Shown here: one piece after another, positions 1-10,480 of the stretch | How positions within the stretch are numbered: the first letter of the stretch is position 1 | How the letters are laid out: each line of letters starts with the position of its first letter | From: Candidatus Latescibacterota bacterium | GTDB lineage: Bacteria; Latescibacterota; UBA2968; UBA8231 | Direction of reading: 5' to 3' | Length of the DNA: 64,000 nt | Assembly: GCA_965248265.1 (NCBI GenBank) | Contig: CBDFJF010000002.1 | Span: 1,504,001-1,568,000, forward strand | Position numbers and translations under genes: made by a program | Notes under the pieces: model-generated | The model's database searches: none | What the model saw: the letters and a program-made list of their open reading frames with translations, nothing else | What the model was told of the DNA's origin: nothing

Positions 1-566
1 TCCAGTCCCGAAAAGCCGACGGCGAGGGCCTCGGAGATCTCTTCGCCCATGTCGTGCTCAAACCAGGGAGACCGCCAGGTCACTGGCAGAGACGAGCCGG
101 CCATGAAAGGGGCCTGAAGCGAGCTCGCGCGGTCGCACATCCACTTTGCGTCATGCCAGTTGTAGGAGAGGTGCTTGTCGTTGAACACCGGGACGCCCCG
201 GCCACTGGTCGCCATCACACCGCATATCTGTTCCATGAAATAGCGCCGCGGAAACAAATGTTGCTCCTTCTCGTTCCAGGCGTAATCGCCGTGCTCGCCG
301 ATTAGGAGAACACCATCAACATCCAGGTCGGCTCCACCGCGCTTCAAGGCGTGGGGGATGCTGTGGTAGATGGGGATGTCGTGCTCGGCAGCGAACTGGC
401 GGCCGATATCGGTTTCGGGAAATTGATCGATGTAGAGAGAAACGATCTCCACGCGGGGCGTGCGGAAGCCCTCATCGGTGGGAAAACCCATCACGAACTT
501 CGGGACCAGGACATCGGCGTGGGAGCCGCGGAAGAAAACCGTGATGATGGCGGCGATCCTTTTCAC
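1..566 (-). CDS. Conserved hypothetical protein, Gfo/Idh/MocA-like; runs off the window edge
   Basis: Not in the ORF track. Read by hand from GTG at 566, overlapping the upstream TGA: MKRIAAIITVFFRGSHADV...VDGVLLIGEHGDY...PVFNDKHLSYNW...PFMAGSSLPVTWR, open to position 1. Confidence 0.75.
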   Translation of the reverse strand, partial: MKRIAAIITVFFRGSHADVLVPKFVMGFPTDEGFRTPRVEIVSLYIDQFPETDIGRQFAAEHDIPIYHSIPHALKRGGADLDVDGVLLIGEHGDYAWNEKEQHLFPRRYFMEQICGVMATSGRGVPVFNDKHLSYNWHDAKWMCDRASSLQAPFMAGSSLPVTWRSPWFEHDMGEEISEALAVGFSGL

Positions 567-1774
567 TCCGACACCTGCGCTCTCAGCGCCTCACCCAACG
601 CCGTGGCTGAGCTGTCGTCCAGATGCAGCGGATTGACTGACAGCTGGCCCTGGCTGAGCAGACCGTGTCCCAGATATACCGGGGGAGTGCCGTTGCGCAG
701 GTTGCGGCAGATTTCCAGGGCACTCTTGCCCGCTTTTTTTTCGTCCACCGCAACGATCAGCAGTGGCAGCTTGGCCTTCAGCGGATCCTCATTGATCTCA
801 CATTCGACGGCGCGGTGGTCGAGTATGGTAGCGATGGAACGCAGTAAATCCATTGAGATGTCATACTGGCCGTCGTAGGCCCCGTCGTTGAAAAGACGCA
901 GAGCGGTCAACAGCGCCACGATCTCCTCCTTCGATACCTTGAATCCACGCCCGATACCATGGCGCGGCAGGCCGGAGAGCTTTGACTTGTCAATCAGATT
1001 CGGCGGCGGATCCCAGAGTTCCCAATGGTCGTCCATATCCAGCATCTGCAAAGCGGCGGCACCTACGAGGTCACCCCTGCCACAGAGAATGCCGGTGGAT
1101 TGACTGCTGCGAATCGACTTGCCACCGCTGAAGGCGACGAGGTCGGCGCCCGTTGCCGCGATGGCCTGCAGGTTGGATCGCGGCAACAGCTCCCCAGCAG
1201 CGTCCACGAGTACGGGCAGTCCGTGGCGATGGGCGACATGGACCACCTCGCTCAGAGCCGGAGCGGACTCTCTGCCAAACACATAGTGCACGCCGGCCGT
1301 GTTGGGCCCGATAGCGGCCTCGTACTCCCAGGCTTCGGTGCGGCGCACTCCGGCATTGGCGACAATTTCATTCATGCCAACCTCGACAAAGCGAGCGCCG
1401 GCAGCGCGCACCGCGTGGTCGTAGCCGTTGCGCTGCTCCCGCGAGATGATGAACTCGTCAGCCATGCCGTCGGCCCCATCGTCAGTCTGGGGCAGCCGTT
1501 CCATTTTGCCAATGTCGAGCCCGGTGAGTATGGCCGCAGCGCCCAGGGTCAGGGAGGCGGCGGCGCCTGCGGTGACCATAGCCGACTCCGTCCCGGTTAA
1601 TTCGCTGATGATGGAGCAAGCCTTTCCCTGCAACTGCTCGAGCGGCACGCACTCGGCGGCAGCGGCGGCGTAGGCGTCGAGCACGGCTTGCGGCATCGGC
1701 GCCCCGCCCAGGCGGGTCACGGCTCCTGAAGCGTTTATGATCGGGGAGAGTCCAAGATCCGCGTAGATGCTCAT
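563..1774 (-). CDS. SelA/DgaE-like PLP-dependent enzyme
   Basis: IINASGAVTRLGG, VLVDAAGE, DLVAFSGGK (PLP lysine), GIGRGFKVSKEEI; likely start MSIYADLG at 1774. Confidence 0.85.
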   Translation of the reverse strand: MSIYADLGLSPIINASGAVTRLGGAPMPQAVLDAYAAAAAECVPLEQLQGKACSIISELTGTESAMVTAGAAASLTLGAAAILTGLDIGKMERLPQTDDGADGMADEFIISREQRNGYDHAVRAAGARFVEVGMNEIVANAGVRRTEAWEYEAAIGPNTAGVHYVFGRESAPALSEVVHVAHRHGLPVLVDAAGELLPRSNLQAIAATGADLVAFSGGKSIRSSQSTGILCGRGDLVGAAALQMLDMDDHWELWDPPPNLIDKSKLSGLPRHGIGRGFKVSKEEIVALLTALRLFNDGAYDGQYDISMDLLRSIATILDHRAVECEINEDPLKAKLPLLIVAVDEKKAGKSALEICRNLRNGTPPVYLGHGLLSQGQLSVNPLHLDDSSATALGEALRAQVSE

Positions 1775-1851
1775 TCCGGGAAGGCTCCTTTGACTGCACC
1801 CGTTGACAACTGGGGCTGTGACACTGATTGATCGATGACGACGGAGTGAAA

Positions 1852-2631
1852 TCATCCGCCTGCCGCAAGCAGGCCACCGTCCACGGGCAGAGAGACTCCG
1901 GTTATGCACCCGGCGGCTGGTGAACACAGGAAGGCAACCGCCCGGCCGATGTCCTCCGGGGTGCCGCGCCGGCGCAGAGGCACCTTTTCCGCGAGCTTGC
2001 CTTCTATATCGCCGATCCTGGGAGGAGGTGTATCGAACACGTGTTTGGTGTTCATGTGGCCGGGCAAAACGGCGTTACACCGTATGCCATGCTCGCCCAG
2101 ATCGTTGGCCATACTCTCCGTCATGCGCAGGATGCCGGCCTTTGCCGTACCGTAGGCCGTGTCACCCGTCCATACCCGCCGGCCATGTACGGAGGAGGTG
2201 CTGACGATGCTGCCGCCATCGCCTTGAGCCACCATGGCGCGGGCTGCCTGCTGGCTGCACAGGAAGAATCCCTTGAGGCCGATGTCCAGGTTGAGGTCCC
2301 AGTTCTCTTCCGTAAGCTCCAAGAAATTCTGTCCGGTGCCGCCGTAGGGATTGTTGGCCAGAATGTCGATTTGACCGAAGCGCTCCAAGAAGGCTGCAAA
2401 CATCTGTTCGACCTGCGCGCTATCCGAGATGTCACCGGGAAAAAACTCGGCCTCCTTGCCCATGTCGCGGATCAGTCCAAGGGTCTGTTCTGCGTCTGCA
2501 TCCAGTTCCAGATCATTGATACCGACGTCACAGCCGTCTTCGGCCAGGGCCAGAGCAATGCCTCGGCCGATGTTGCGTTTGCCGCCGGTGACGAAGGCTT
2601 TCTTGCCCGCGAGCGAATGTGCGTTGGACAT
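1852..2631 (-). CDS. SDR family NAD(P)-dependent oxidoreductase
   Basis: VTGGKRNIGRG, YGTAK (YxxxK), LPVDGG; ATG 2631 with AAGGA upstream. Confidence 0.92.
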   Translation of the reverse strand: MSNAHSLAGKKAFVTGGKRNIGRGIALALAEDGCDVGINDLELDADAEQTLGLIRDMGKEAEFFPGDISDSAQVEQMFAAFLERFGQIDILANNPYGGTGQNFLELTEENWDLNLDIGLKGFFLCSQQAARAMVAQGDGGSIVSTSSVHGRRVWTGDTAYGTAKAGILRMTESMANDLGEHGIRCNAVLPGHMNTKHVFDTPPPRIGDIEGKLAEKVPLRRRGTPEDIGRAVAFLCSPAAGCITGVSLPVDGGLLAAGG

Positions 2632-2939
2632 ATCAGTTTTCCTTTGTCTGTTGAGGTGTCTTCGCCGATGATACTGGGGCAGTCGCACATCAGCCACAGT
2701 GCACAATCAGAGGTACATAAGCAGAGTACACAAGGGCTAATCGCCGGAATGGTCAAGCGAGCCGGCTGTCACGCCGGTGTATCGTGGCCGGCCATGGCAG
2801 CAGTCGAAGCGGTCCAGGGCGGTCAGACACTGATGCGGCAGGGGCCAGGTTGAGGACTGGCTTTAGGGATAATAGAGCCTACCGATTGTCGTGGTGGAGT
2901 GGTAGGTGTGGGCAGGATGCCTCGACTATATTGTCCACC

Positions 2940-3797
2940 ATGCCATTGACAGTGAATCGTCTGAGTCCCGCACTCGGGGCCGAGATCACCGGTCTGGACG
3001 TCACCGCGCCGATGAGCGACGAGGTCTTTGCCGAGATACGCAAGGCTTTGTGCGACAACGATGGCGTGCTGGTTCTGCGCGATCAGCATCTCACGCCAGA
3101 TCAGCACATCGCCTTCAGTCGCCGCTTCGGTGAGCTGTTCGGGGATCGGGAGCAGCTGCAGGATTCGGTGACCAAGTATCTGTTGCCGGGCTACCCGCAG
3201 ATCTTCCGGGCATCAAACAAGATCGTCGATGGTCAGCAGCAGGGCCGCTCACGGGCAGGCAACTACTGGCATTCGGACGTGTCGTTCAGGCCGCGTTCGG
3301 CCATGGTGTCGTTGCTGTACGCGATCGAGATTCCGCCCAGTGGTGGGGACACTCTGTTCGCGAACATGTACAGGGCCTACGAGGGGCTTTCGCCGTCGAT
3401 GCAGCAGTTTCTCGGTGGATTGCGGGCTCGGCACGACTTTGCCGTCAACACCAACATCGGTTTCGCGCACGAGACGATAGAGCAGCAGGACCTGGAAGGT
3501 GCCAACACCTGCGTTCATCCAGTGGTGCGGACCCATGATGAATCAGGTCGCAAGTGTCTCTTCGTCAACCCGGGCAATACCGCACAGATCAAAGGCTTGA
3601 ACCCTGGAGAGAGCATGGCGTTGCTTGAGTTCCTCTACGAACACAGCGTTCAACCAGAGTTCATCTACCGGCACCAGTGGGTGGCGCGGGATTTAATGAT
3701 CTGGGACAATCGCTGCACCATGCACTACGCGGTCGTCGACTACGAAGGTGATCGCTACATGCACCGGACAACTGTCATCGGCGAACGACCCGTCTAA
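2940..3797 (+). CDS. TauD/TfdA family 2-oxoglutarate/Fe(II) dioxygenase
   Basis: LGAEITGLD, WHSDVSF, GGDTLFA, HPVVRTH, WDNRCTMH. Confidence 0.95.
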   Translation: MPLTVNRLSPALGAEITGLDVTAPMSDEVFAEIRKALCDNDGVLVLRDQHLTPDQHIAFSRRFGELFGDREQLQDSVTKYLLPGYPQIFRASNKIVDGQQQGRSRAGNYWHSDVSFRPRSAMVSLLYAIEIPPSGGDTLFANMYRAYEGLSPSMQQFLGGLRARHDFAVNTNIGFAHETIEQQDLEGANTCVHPVVRTHDESGRKCLFVNPGNTAQIKGLNPGESMALLEFLYEHSVQPEFIYRHQWVARDLMIWDNRCTMHYAVVDYEGDRYMHRTTVIGERPV

Positions 3798-3805
3798 GGG
3801 CTGGC

Positions 3806-5485
3806 TCAGGTCTTCAGCGCTTGAGCTCTGAGCTCTGACAGTGTCGTCGTCGGCAGTATCGCCTCCGGATCGATGACGAGTTCGATCAATGCCGGACCAT
3901 CCGAGGCGCGGGCGCGCTCGAAGGCGTGCGCGAAGTCGGCCGTTTTGGTCACCGTTTCCCCGTGGGCCCCATAGGCTCGCGCCAGCGCGGCGAAATCCGG
4001 GTTCACCAGGTTGGTTCCCGATACCCGCCCCGGATAATTGCGTTCCTGGTGCATGCGGATGGTCGCGTACATGCCGTTGGTGACGACGATGAAGATGACC
4101 CTGGCGTTTTCCTGCACCGCGGTGCCAATCTCCTGGCCGTTCATCTGAAAGCAGCCGTCGCCGTTGAAGGAAACGACGACCCGGTCCGGATGACGGATGG
4201 CGGCCGCGACGCCGGCCGGCACACTGTACCCCATGGCCCCAGACTGAGGTCCGAGCTGAGTACCATACTGCTTGTGGCAGAAAAATCTGTGTACCCAGAC
4301 GGAGTAATTGCCGGCGCCGTTGGTGATGATGGCATCCTCCGGCAGGTTGTCACTGAGCCAGGCGACAATCTCAGCGTAGTTGACGTCGCCCGGCATGGAC
4401 TTCGGCGTCGAAAACGCGAGGTAGTCGGCATGGGCGGTTTCGGTTTCCGCTCTCCACGACGGCGTCACCGGCTCCATGGTCCGCGCGGCCGCACAGAACT
4501 CGGCCATGCCAGAGTTTATCCCCAGATCGAACTGGTGGACCTTACCGAGTTCGTCGACACCGGCGCTTATGTGGACGAGGCGCTGCTGCGGTTTGGGGAA
4601 GTCGAAGTAGGTGTAGCCACCTGAGACGATTTCTCCCAGCTGCGGGCCAATCACAATCAACAAGTCGGTGTCAGCGATGCGGGCTTTCAACTTGGGATCA
4701 ATGCCCAGCCCGACGACGCCGGCGTAGTTGGAATGGCGGTTGTCGAGCAGGTCCTGGCGGCGGAACGTCACCGCGACGGGCAGGTCGTTGGCCTCGGCGA
4801 AGGCTCTGAGGTCATCGCACGCGCTCGTCGACCAGCTGCATCCGCCTGCCAACACCAACGGCCGGCTCGCGGCCTCCAGCATATCCCGCAGCCTGCCCAT
4901 GTCGTGAGCACCGGGAGAAGCTTGTGTCGTCTGATAGGGTTGACCGTCATCGACGTCGGCGAGCTGGCTCTGCATATCCTCCGGGATGGCGAGGACGACC
5001 GGGCCGGGACGTCCGGAGGTGGCTACGTGAAAGGCGCGGCTGACCAGTTCCGGTATGCGCGCCGGGTCGTCGATCTGTGCTACCCACTTGGTCATCTGGC
5101 CGAACATCCGGCGGAAGTCTACCTCCTGGAAGGCCTCGCGCTCGATCATGTCGCGGGCAACCTGGCCGACGAACACGATAAGGGGGGTTGAATCCTGATG
5201 GGCAGTATGGATACCGATGGACGCGTTCGACGCGCCCGGGCCGCGAGTGACGAAGGCGATGCCCGGTTTGCCGGTCAGTTTGCCCCAGGCTTCGGCCATG
5301 TTGGTAACGCCGCCTTCCTGACGGCAGACGACCAGATGCAGGTTGTCGCTAACATCATAGAGTGCGTCGAGGGATCCCAGGAAGCTCTCGCCGGGAACGC
5401 AAAATGCGGTATCGACGCCATGCAAACGCAGGCAGTCGACGAGGATCTGTCCACCGGGACGAGAGGTCGATGAGTTATCAGGCAC
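3806..5485 (-). CDS. Thiamine pyrophosphate-dependent enzyme (acetolactate synthase-like)
   Basis: VPGESFL, TRGPGASNA, AFQEVD, GDGCFQM...NGMYATIRMHQE. Confidence 0.92.
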   Translation of the reverse strand: MPDNSSTSRPGGQILVDCLRLHGVDTAFCVPGESFLGSLDALYDVSDNLHLVVCRQEGGVTNMAEAWGKLTGKPGIAFVTRGPGASNASIGIHTAHQDSTPLIVFVGQVARDMIEREAFQEVDFRRMFGQMTKWVAQIDDPARIPELVSRAFHVATSGRPGPVVLAIPEDMQSQLADVDDGQPYQTTQASPGAHDMGRLRDMLEAASRPLVLAGGCSWSTSACDDLRAFAEANDLPVAVTFRRQDLLDNRHSNYAGVVGLGIDPKLKARIADTDLLIVIGPQLGEIVSGGYTYFDFPKPQQRLVHISAGVDELGKVHQFDLGINSGMAEFCAAARTMEPVTPSWRAETETAHADYLAFSTPKSMPGDVNYAEIVAWLSDNLPEDAIITNGAGNYSVWVHRFFCHKQYGTQLGPQSGAMGYSVPAGVAAAIRHPDRVVVSFNGDGCFQMNGQEIGTAVQENARVIFIVVTNGMYATIRMHQERNYPGRVSGTNLVNPDFAALARAYGAHGETVTKTADFAHAFERARASDGPALIELVIDPEAILPTTTLSELRAQALKT

Positions 5486-5543
5486 TATGCTGTCTCAGTC
5501 AGAGGATATTTACGTAGCTGTTTCGATAGTATAGTTCATCGCC

Positions 5544-5840
5544 ATGGCTGTCGAGGGGCACGGATCGAATCAATTCACCATCTTCTTCACCACAATGAAA
5601 CCTGCCGACAAAGAGAGTACTCCCGAGAGTACTGCCGAGAGTACTGCCGAGAGCACTGCCCGAGCCAGTGTCAGTCTGTTATCCGGCAGCATGGAGGAAC
5701 GTCGCCGGATCCTGCGGGCCTTCGCCTGGACCAACGATCCGGTGGTTTCCGGTAGCGTCAGTCTCGCCATCTTGAACGACATCCTGTCCTTGCTCATCTA
5801 TTTCAGCATCGCCCTGTTCGCCCTCAGCCAATGGCGTTGA
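5544..5840 (+). pseudogene. Chimeric stub ending in an MgtE-like C-terminal transmembrane fragment
   Basis: DPVVSGSVSLAILNDILSLLIYFSIA resembles the last MgtE helix (DPA.ASGPF...NDI..LLIYF..A); the rest of the ORF is low complexity. Confidence 0.5.
5613..5660. repeat. Four tandem copies of a 12-bp unit GAGAGTACTGCC
   Basis: gagagtactccc gagagtactgcc gagagtactgcc gagagcactgcc. Confidence 0.9.
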
Positions 5841-7084
5841 CGGTTCTCGGTGGTGAGCAGGATGCCGAGCCCCGACGTTGGCACTCCCTTCGAGCATTCC
5901 GCAACGGTGCCTTCCGGCATCTGTGGGCTGGCATCATCGTCAACGGGTTCGCCGTCTGGATAGGCCGTTTGACGGTGGGATGGTTCGTCTTCGACCAGAC
6001 CGATTCGGCGCTGCTGACGGCCGTTTCCTTCACCATGCAATCCGCGCCCGGATTGGTGGTAGCGCCCTTCGGCGGGGCCATCGCCGACCGGATCGACCGA
6101 CGTTACGTCCTGGCCGGGGCGGCACTGGTGAAAGGGATAACGGCTCTGGGACTGGCGTTCGTCGCCGTGGATGGTATTGACTCGGTGTGGCCCGTCATCG
6201 CTCTGCTGGCGGTGGCCGGCGCCATGACCAGCTTCGAGCTTCCGTCTTCTCAGGCATTGATTCCCGATGTGATCGGTCCCAAGGATGCGATGAACGGCAT
6301 CGCCGTCTGCTCGGTCGGTCTCAGAGCGATCAGCGCCTTCGGAGCGCTGACCGGAGGGTTTCTGCTCGAACTCTACGGAGCGCCGGTTGCATTCCTGACT
6401 TCAGCCCTACTGCACTGGGTCGCCGCCACTATCGTGATACGGCTGCGGGTGCCATCCAGGCCCATACACCCGGATACGCCACGCCGGTCGTTTGTCGCCG
6501 ACACCAAGGAGGGGTTGCGTATCATGGCCAGCTTACCCACGGTGAGGGCCTTGCTGGTCATGACCCTGCTGGTCGAAGTGCTGTGCTTTTCACACGCCTC
6601 GGTGCTGCCAGTGCTCGCCCGGGATCGGCTCGGACTGGATGAGTCCGACCTGGGTACGTTGACCGCCATGGGTGGGTTCGGGTCGTTCCTGGGCGCGCTT
6701 TGTCTGGCCGGCATGAGCGAGTACCGGCGGAAGGGTCTGATGGTCATCGTCGTCGCCGCGCTCTACGGCGCCAGCATACTGGCGCTCGGCCTGTCCGACC
6801 TGTTCATGTTGTCGATCGTCGTAATCACCATCGTAGGTATGATGGCGGCCATGTTCGACGCGCTGCAGTGGGGTCTATTGCAGGCGAACGTGCCTGATGC
6901 GATGCGGGGGAGGGTACTTGGCGGCTGGATGCTGGCCGTCGCCTTCGGATGGATAGGCCACGGGGAGCTGGGGATCGTCAGCGATGCCATCGGGGTGCAC
7001 TGGGCATACGTCATCAACGGCGGTCTCATCATCGCCGTGGCCGTCGTGGCTCTGCTGGCAGTAAAGTCACTGAGGAGGGCATAG
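5831..7084 (+). CDS. MFS transporter (MFS_3/EntS-like)
   Basis: About 12 hydrophobic segments, GGAIADRIDRR, VPDAMRGRV. Confidence 0.92.
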   Translation: MALTVLGGEQDAEPRRWHSLRAFRNGAFRHLWAGIIVNGFAVWIGRLTVGWFVFDQTDSALLTAVSFTMQSAPGLVVAPFGGAIADRIDRRYVLAGAALVKGITALGLAFVAVDGIDSVWPVIALLAVAGAMTSFELPSSQALIPDVIGPKDAMNGIAVCSVGLRAISAFGALTGGFLLELYGAPVAFLTSALLHWVAATIVIRLRVPSRPIHPDTPRRSFVADTKEGLRIMASLPTVRALLVMTLLVEVLCFSHASVLPVLARDRLGLDESDLGTLTAMGGFGSFLGALCLAGMSEYRRKGLMVIVVAALYGASILALGLSDLFMLSIVVITIVGMMAAMFDALQWGLLQANVPDAMRGRVLGGWMLAVAFGWIGHGELGIVSDAIGVHWAYVINGGLIIAVAVVALLAVKSLRRA

Positions 7085-7085
7085 G

Positions 7086-8630
7086 GTGAGTGCGCACGAC
7101 GACTACGACGTCGTTGTCCTGGGTGGTGGGCACAATGGTCTGGTCGCTGCCGGGTATCTTGCGCGCGCCGGCCTCAAGGTAATCGTGCTGGAACGGCGCG
7201 ACATCGTAGGCGGTGCCTGCATGACGGAGGAGCTGTTCCCCGGATATCGTTTCTCAGCCTGTTCCTACATCTGTTACCTGTTGCAGAGCCAGGTTATCGA
7301 AGACCTCGAGTTACGCGAACACGGATTCGACGTCTACGCCCATGATCCGACACGCTTTCAGCCATTCCCGGACGGCAGCCGCCTTTTACTGTGGGAAGAC
7401 GTCTCGCGGACCCAGGAGGAGATTGCCCGGATTTCTCGCAGAGATGCCGACCGCTATCCGGAGTGGCTCGCGTTCTGGGAGCGAGCCGCCGGCATCATAC
7501 ATCCATTCTTCTTGACGGCCGCGCCCACAGTAGACGAGATCGCTGAAGGCCTACGCGGTACTCGTGATGAAGCCTTTTTCCAGCGCCTGCTCACCGTCAG
7601 CATGAAGGAGTTGCTGACCGAACTGTTCGAGTCGACCCAGGTGCGCGCCGCATTCACCCACGCTCACGATGTCGGTGACCTGACAGCCCCCGGAAGTGCC
7701 TGGTGTTACGCCCATATCAAGACCAGCGTCAAGAACAAGCCGGAGGATGTCGGACTCGTGCATGGAGGCATGGGCGGGATTACACAGGCGATGGCGAGAT
7801 CGGCACAGAGTGTGGGGGTGACCGTGAAGACAGGTGCTGAGGTCGATCACATTCTGGTGGATGATGGCGAGGCTCGCGGTGTAGCTCTCAAGGATGGCAC
7901 TCAGGTGTGCAGTCGCACGGTGATTTCGAACGCCGATCCCAAGCGCACCTTTCTCAAGCTGATAAAGCAGGAGCACATTGATGCCGACTTCACCCAGCGA
8001 ATTGGCGAGTTGAAGACGGATGCGGCATACCTGAAATTCCACGCGTCGCTGCGGGGACTGCCCGACTTCTCCGCGTACTTCGACGGAGAGTTCGATCCCC
8101 GTTGGCTGTCCGAGATCAAGATCTGCCCGTCGATGGAGTACTTCGAAAGCAGCTGGCGTGATGCCACCGAGGGGATTCCGTCACGTACGCCGATGATGGA
8201 GGTGCAGATTCCGTCCGTCTACGACCCCACGATGGCTCCACCCGGCCATCATGTCATGTCCGTCTGGTCTTGCTACGCACCGGTACGGCTGCGTGAGGGC
8301 AGTTGGGAGGACAGGCGCCGTGAGGTCGGCGAACATTTGATCGACACCCTTGCCGAATACGCTCCGAACATCCGCGAGGTGATCATCGACTGGTCACTGT
8401 TCACGCCGCAGGACATCGAACGGCGGGTCGGCCTCACGGACGGTAACATTCGCCAACTCGACATCATCCCCGGCCAGTTCATGGCCCAACGACCGATGGC
8501 TGGATGGTCCGACTACCGCACCCCGATATCGCATCTCTATCTGTGCGGTGGCGGAACGCACCCGGGAGGCGAAGTCACCGGGGCACCCGGCCACAACGCG
8601 GCGGCGGCCGTCCTCGCCGACTGGGGATAG
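7086..8630 (+). CDS. Phytoene desaturase-like FAD-dependent oxidoreductase
   Basis: GGGHNGLVAAGYLA, GGMGGITQA, YRTPISHLYLCGGGTHPGGEVTGAPGHNAA. Confidence 0.9.
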   Translation: MSAHDDYDVVVLGGGHNGLVAAGYLARAGLKVIVLERRDIVGGACMTEELFPGYRFSACSYICYLLQSQVIEDLELREHGFDVYAHDPTRFQPFPDGSRLLLWEDVSRTQEEIARISRRDADRYPEWLAFWERAAGIIHPFFLTAAPTVDEIAEGLRGTRDEAFFQRLLTVSMKELLTELFESTQVRAAFTHAHDVGDLTAPGSAWCYAHIKTSVKNKPEDVGLVHGGMGGITQAMARSAQSVGVTVKTGAEVDHILVDDGEARGVALKDGTQVCSRTVISNADPKRTFLKLIKQEHIDADFTQRIGELKTDAAYLKFHASLRGLPDFSAYFDGEFDPRWLSEIKICPSMEYFESSWRDATEGIPSRTPMMEVQIPSVYDPTMAPPGHHVMSVWSCYAPVRLREGSWEDRRREVGEHLIDTLAEYAPNIREVIIDWSLFTPQDIERRVGLTDGNIRQLDIIPGQFMAQRPMAGWSDYRTPISHLYLCGGGTHPGGEVTGAPGHNAAAAVLADWG

Positions 8631-8733
8631 CAGCACAGGGATGCGAATTCGACACCTGAGGACGACTACGCTCTCGACAACGCCGGGTCTCTCCGGTACC
8701 CTTATTCTACCGGCTACTTGATAGGACACTGAG

Positions 8734-9759
8734 TCAGAACCGAGTCTCTTCGAAAACCTCGTAACCGCATTCGACTTCAACACGGGCGGCCAGGGCTTCG
8801 AGTTGCTGGCGGTGTTCGTCTCCCAGAGCGATGGCACCTCGCTGCCGGTTTTCACGCTCCCACTGCCACTCCATGCCACCGGGCAGTTCGGCGCGATCGA
8901 GCCCGGGGAAGGGTTGCATTTGTCTGACTTTGCCTACGAAACGGTCCATGTCGTCACGGAAGTCGTCTGCCTCCATAAAACAGGAGACGTCCCACGCACA
9001 AAGGAACGCGCCCTGGTTCGAGGCCCATTCAGAGGAGAGCGGTTCCGGTTTCTGGACGCCTGCGAGGACGCTGGCAAAGGTCTGAGTGGCGGCAGAAATT
9101 CCGAGTGCCTTGAAGACCCCGTTGGGAATCTGCGCCATCAGATCTTCTCGCGGGGGTAGAATATGTCCTCCCATGTCGATGACGAAGGGCGGCTGATCGC
9201 CGGCGGGAAAGCCGATGCTCAAGGGGGATGAGGTCACGACCCCCATCACCATCTGTGCCGGGTCGAGCATTCGCCGATGGTCAGACATCGCCATGCCGAT
9301 GAAGCCCTCCTCCACGGCCATACGGGTCCAGATGCCGGCCGAGCCGATGTGGAAGTGATTGCGCGTGGTGGCCGCGCCCATGCCCAGAGCCCGGGTCTTC
9401 TCCAGCACCTGTTTCATGGCGACCCGGCAGGCGAAGTAGCCCATGCCGCCATCCCCGTCGACGACGGCCGTTGCTCCATAGTCTGAGATCACCCTGACTT
9501 CGGGCTCGTGATTGATCAACCCCTCGCTGAAGGACTCCAGGTAATGGTCCAGCAGGCGACTGCCATGACTATAGAGACAGCGCAGTTCATTGGTTGCCAG
9601 CAGATCGGCTAGGTAATCCGCGTCGGACGGGCGCATCGGCGTGGATCCCAAAAGAGCACGGATCACGGATCGATGGTGATCGATCGGCACTATGATGCCG
9701 TGTTCGGGCGGGTAGTTTCTGGATTGCAGAATCGGGGAAGACATATCCTTATGCCTCAC
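8734..9759 (-). CDS. Ldh_2 family (malate/L-lactate/ureidoglycolate-type) oxidoreductase
   Basis: SHG, VVDGDGGMG, RNHFHIGSAG, VIDM, LPGGMEW. Confidence 0.85.
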   Translation of the reverse strand: MRHKDMSSPILQSRNYPPEHGIIVPIDHHRSVIRALLGSTPMRPSDADYLADLLATNELRCLYSHGSRLLDHYLESFSEGLINHEPEVRVISDYGATAVVDGDGGMGYFACRVAMKQVLEKTRALGMGAATTRNHFHIGSAGIWTRMAVEEGFIGMAMSDHRRMLDPAQMVMGVVTSSPLSIGFPAGDQPPFVIDMGGHILPPREDLMAQIPNGVFKALGISAATQTFASVLAGVQKPEPLSSEWASNQGAFLCAWDVSCFMEADDFRDDMDRFVGKVRQMQPFPGLDRAELPGGMEWQWERENRQRGAIALGDEHRQQLEALAARVEVECGYEVFEETRF

Positions 9760-10480
9760 GCGCCATCAGAGCCCCGGCGATGGAGATCGCGGCGATGACG
9801 GCCGTTTCCGTGCGCAGCGGCCGCGTTCCCAGGTGAGCAAACAGAAAGTCCGACTGTCTGAACAACTCGCGCTCGGCTGCCGTCCAGCCGCGCTCTGAGC
9901 CTACACACAAGAGAATTTCTCGATCCATTACGGCAGGCGGTTTCAGGTGCGCGGCCAGAGCACACGGCGACTCGTAGTTGTCGAGGACGATTCTCAGCGC
10001 GCCATCCGGGCATTGGCTAACTGACTGCTCGAGGTCATCACCGAACTCGACTTTGGGCAAACGCGTCGTAAATGCCTGGGCAGCACCTGCAACGAGGTGT
10101 CGGCGCCACTCTCCCGTGGACCACAGCCGCGACTTGGCATAGGATGCCTCTCCCCGTTCCGTTTTGACGAAGCTCATGCTGCGCACACCCAGAGCGGTCG
10201 CTTCCTGCAGGATCTTGCGATTCGTCTGCGGGCGCGACAGGCCGACGACAAGATTGATCGGCGGCAAGGGTGGTTCTGCCTGACCCCATTCAAATTCGAG
10301 CTCCAGTCCCTCGGCATCTACGGAGACCAGCGTTGCTTTTCCCCTGGTACCGTCGATGATGCCGGCATCGAAGGTGTCACCAGCAGCCCTGTGCAAAACA
10401 CTGAGGATGTGCTGAGCACGCTCATCCGCCAGCGGAAGTCTCTGGTCGATCTCATCACGCTCGAACAGGACGATGTTCAT
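9749..10480 (-). CDS. rsmE: 16S rRNA m3U1498 methyltransferase RsmE
   Basis: HILSVLH, LQEATALGV, VGSERGWT, LGTRPLRTETA. Confidence 0.88.
   Translation of the reverse strand: MNIVLFERDEIDQRLPLADERAQHILSVLHRAAGDTFDAGIIDGTRGKATLVSVDAEGLELEFEWGQAEPPLPPINLVVGLSRPQTNRKILQEATALGVRSMSFVKTERGEASYAKSRLWSTGEWRRHLVAGAAQAFTTRLPKVEFGDDLEQSVSQCPDGALRIVLDNYESPCALAAHLKPPAVMDREILLCVGSERGWTAAERELFRQSDFLFAHLGTRPLRTETAVIAAISIAGALMAREA

Noticed and set aside
563-1774. Selenocysteine synthase SelA
   Set aside because: Lacks the SelA N-terminal domain, has the DgaE-like GIGRGFKVSKEE motif, and no selB/selC/selD is nearby
5613-5660. CRISPR array
   Set aside because: 12-bp units with no spacers and no cas genes
7086-8630. 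Carotenoid biosynthesis crtI
   Set aside because: Generic phytoene-desaturase-like family; no crtB/crtE neighbours
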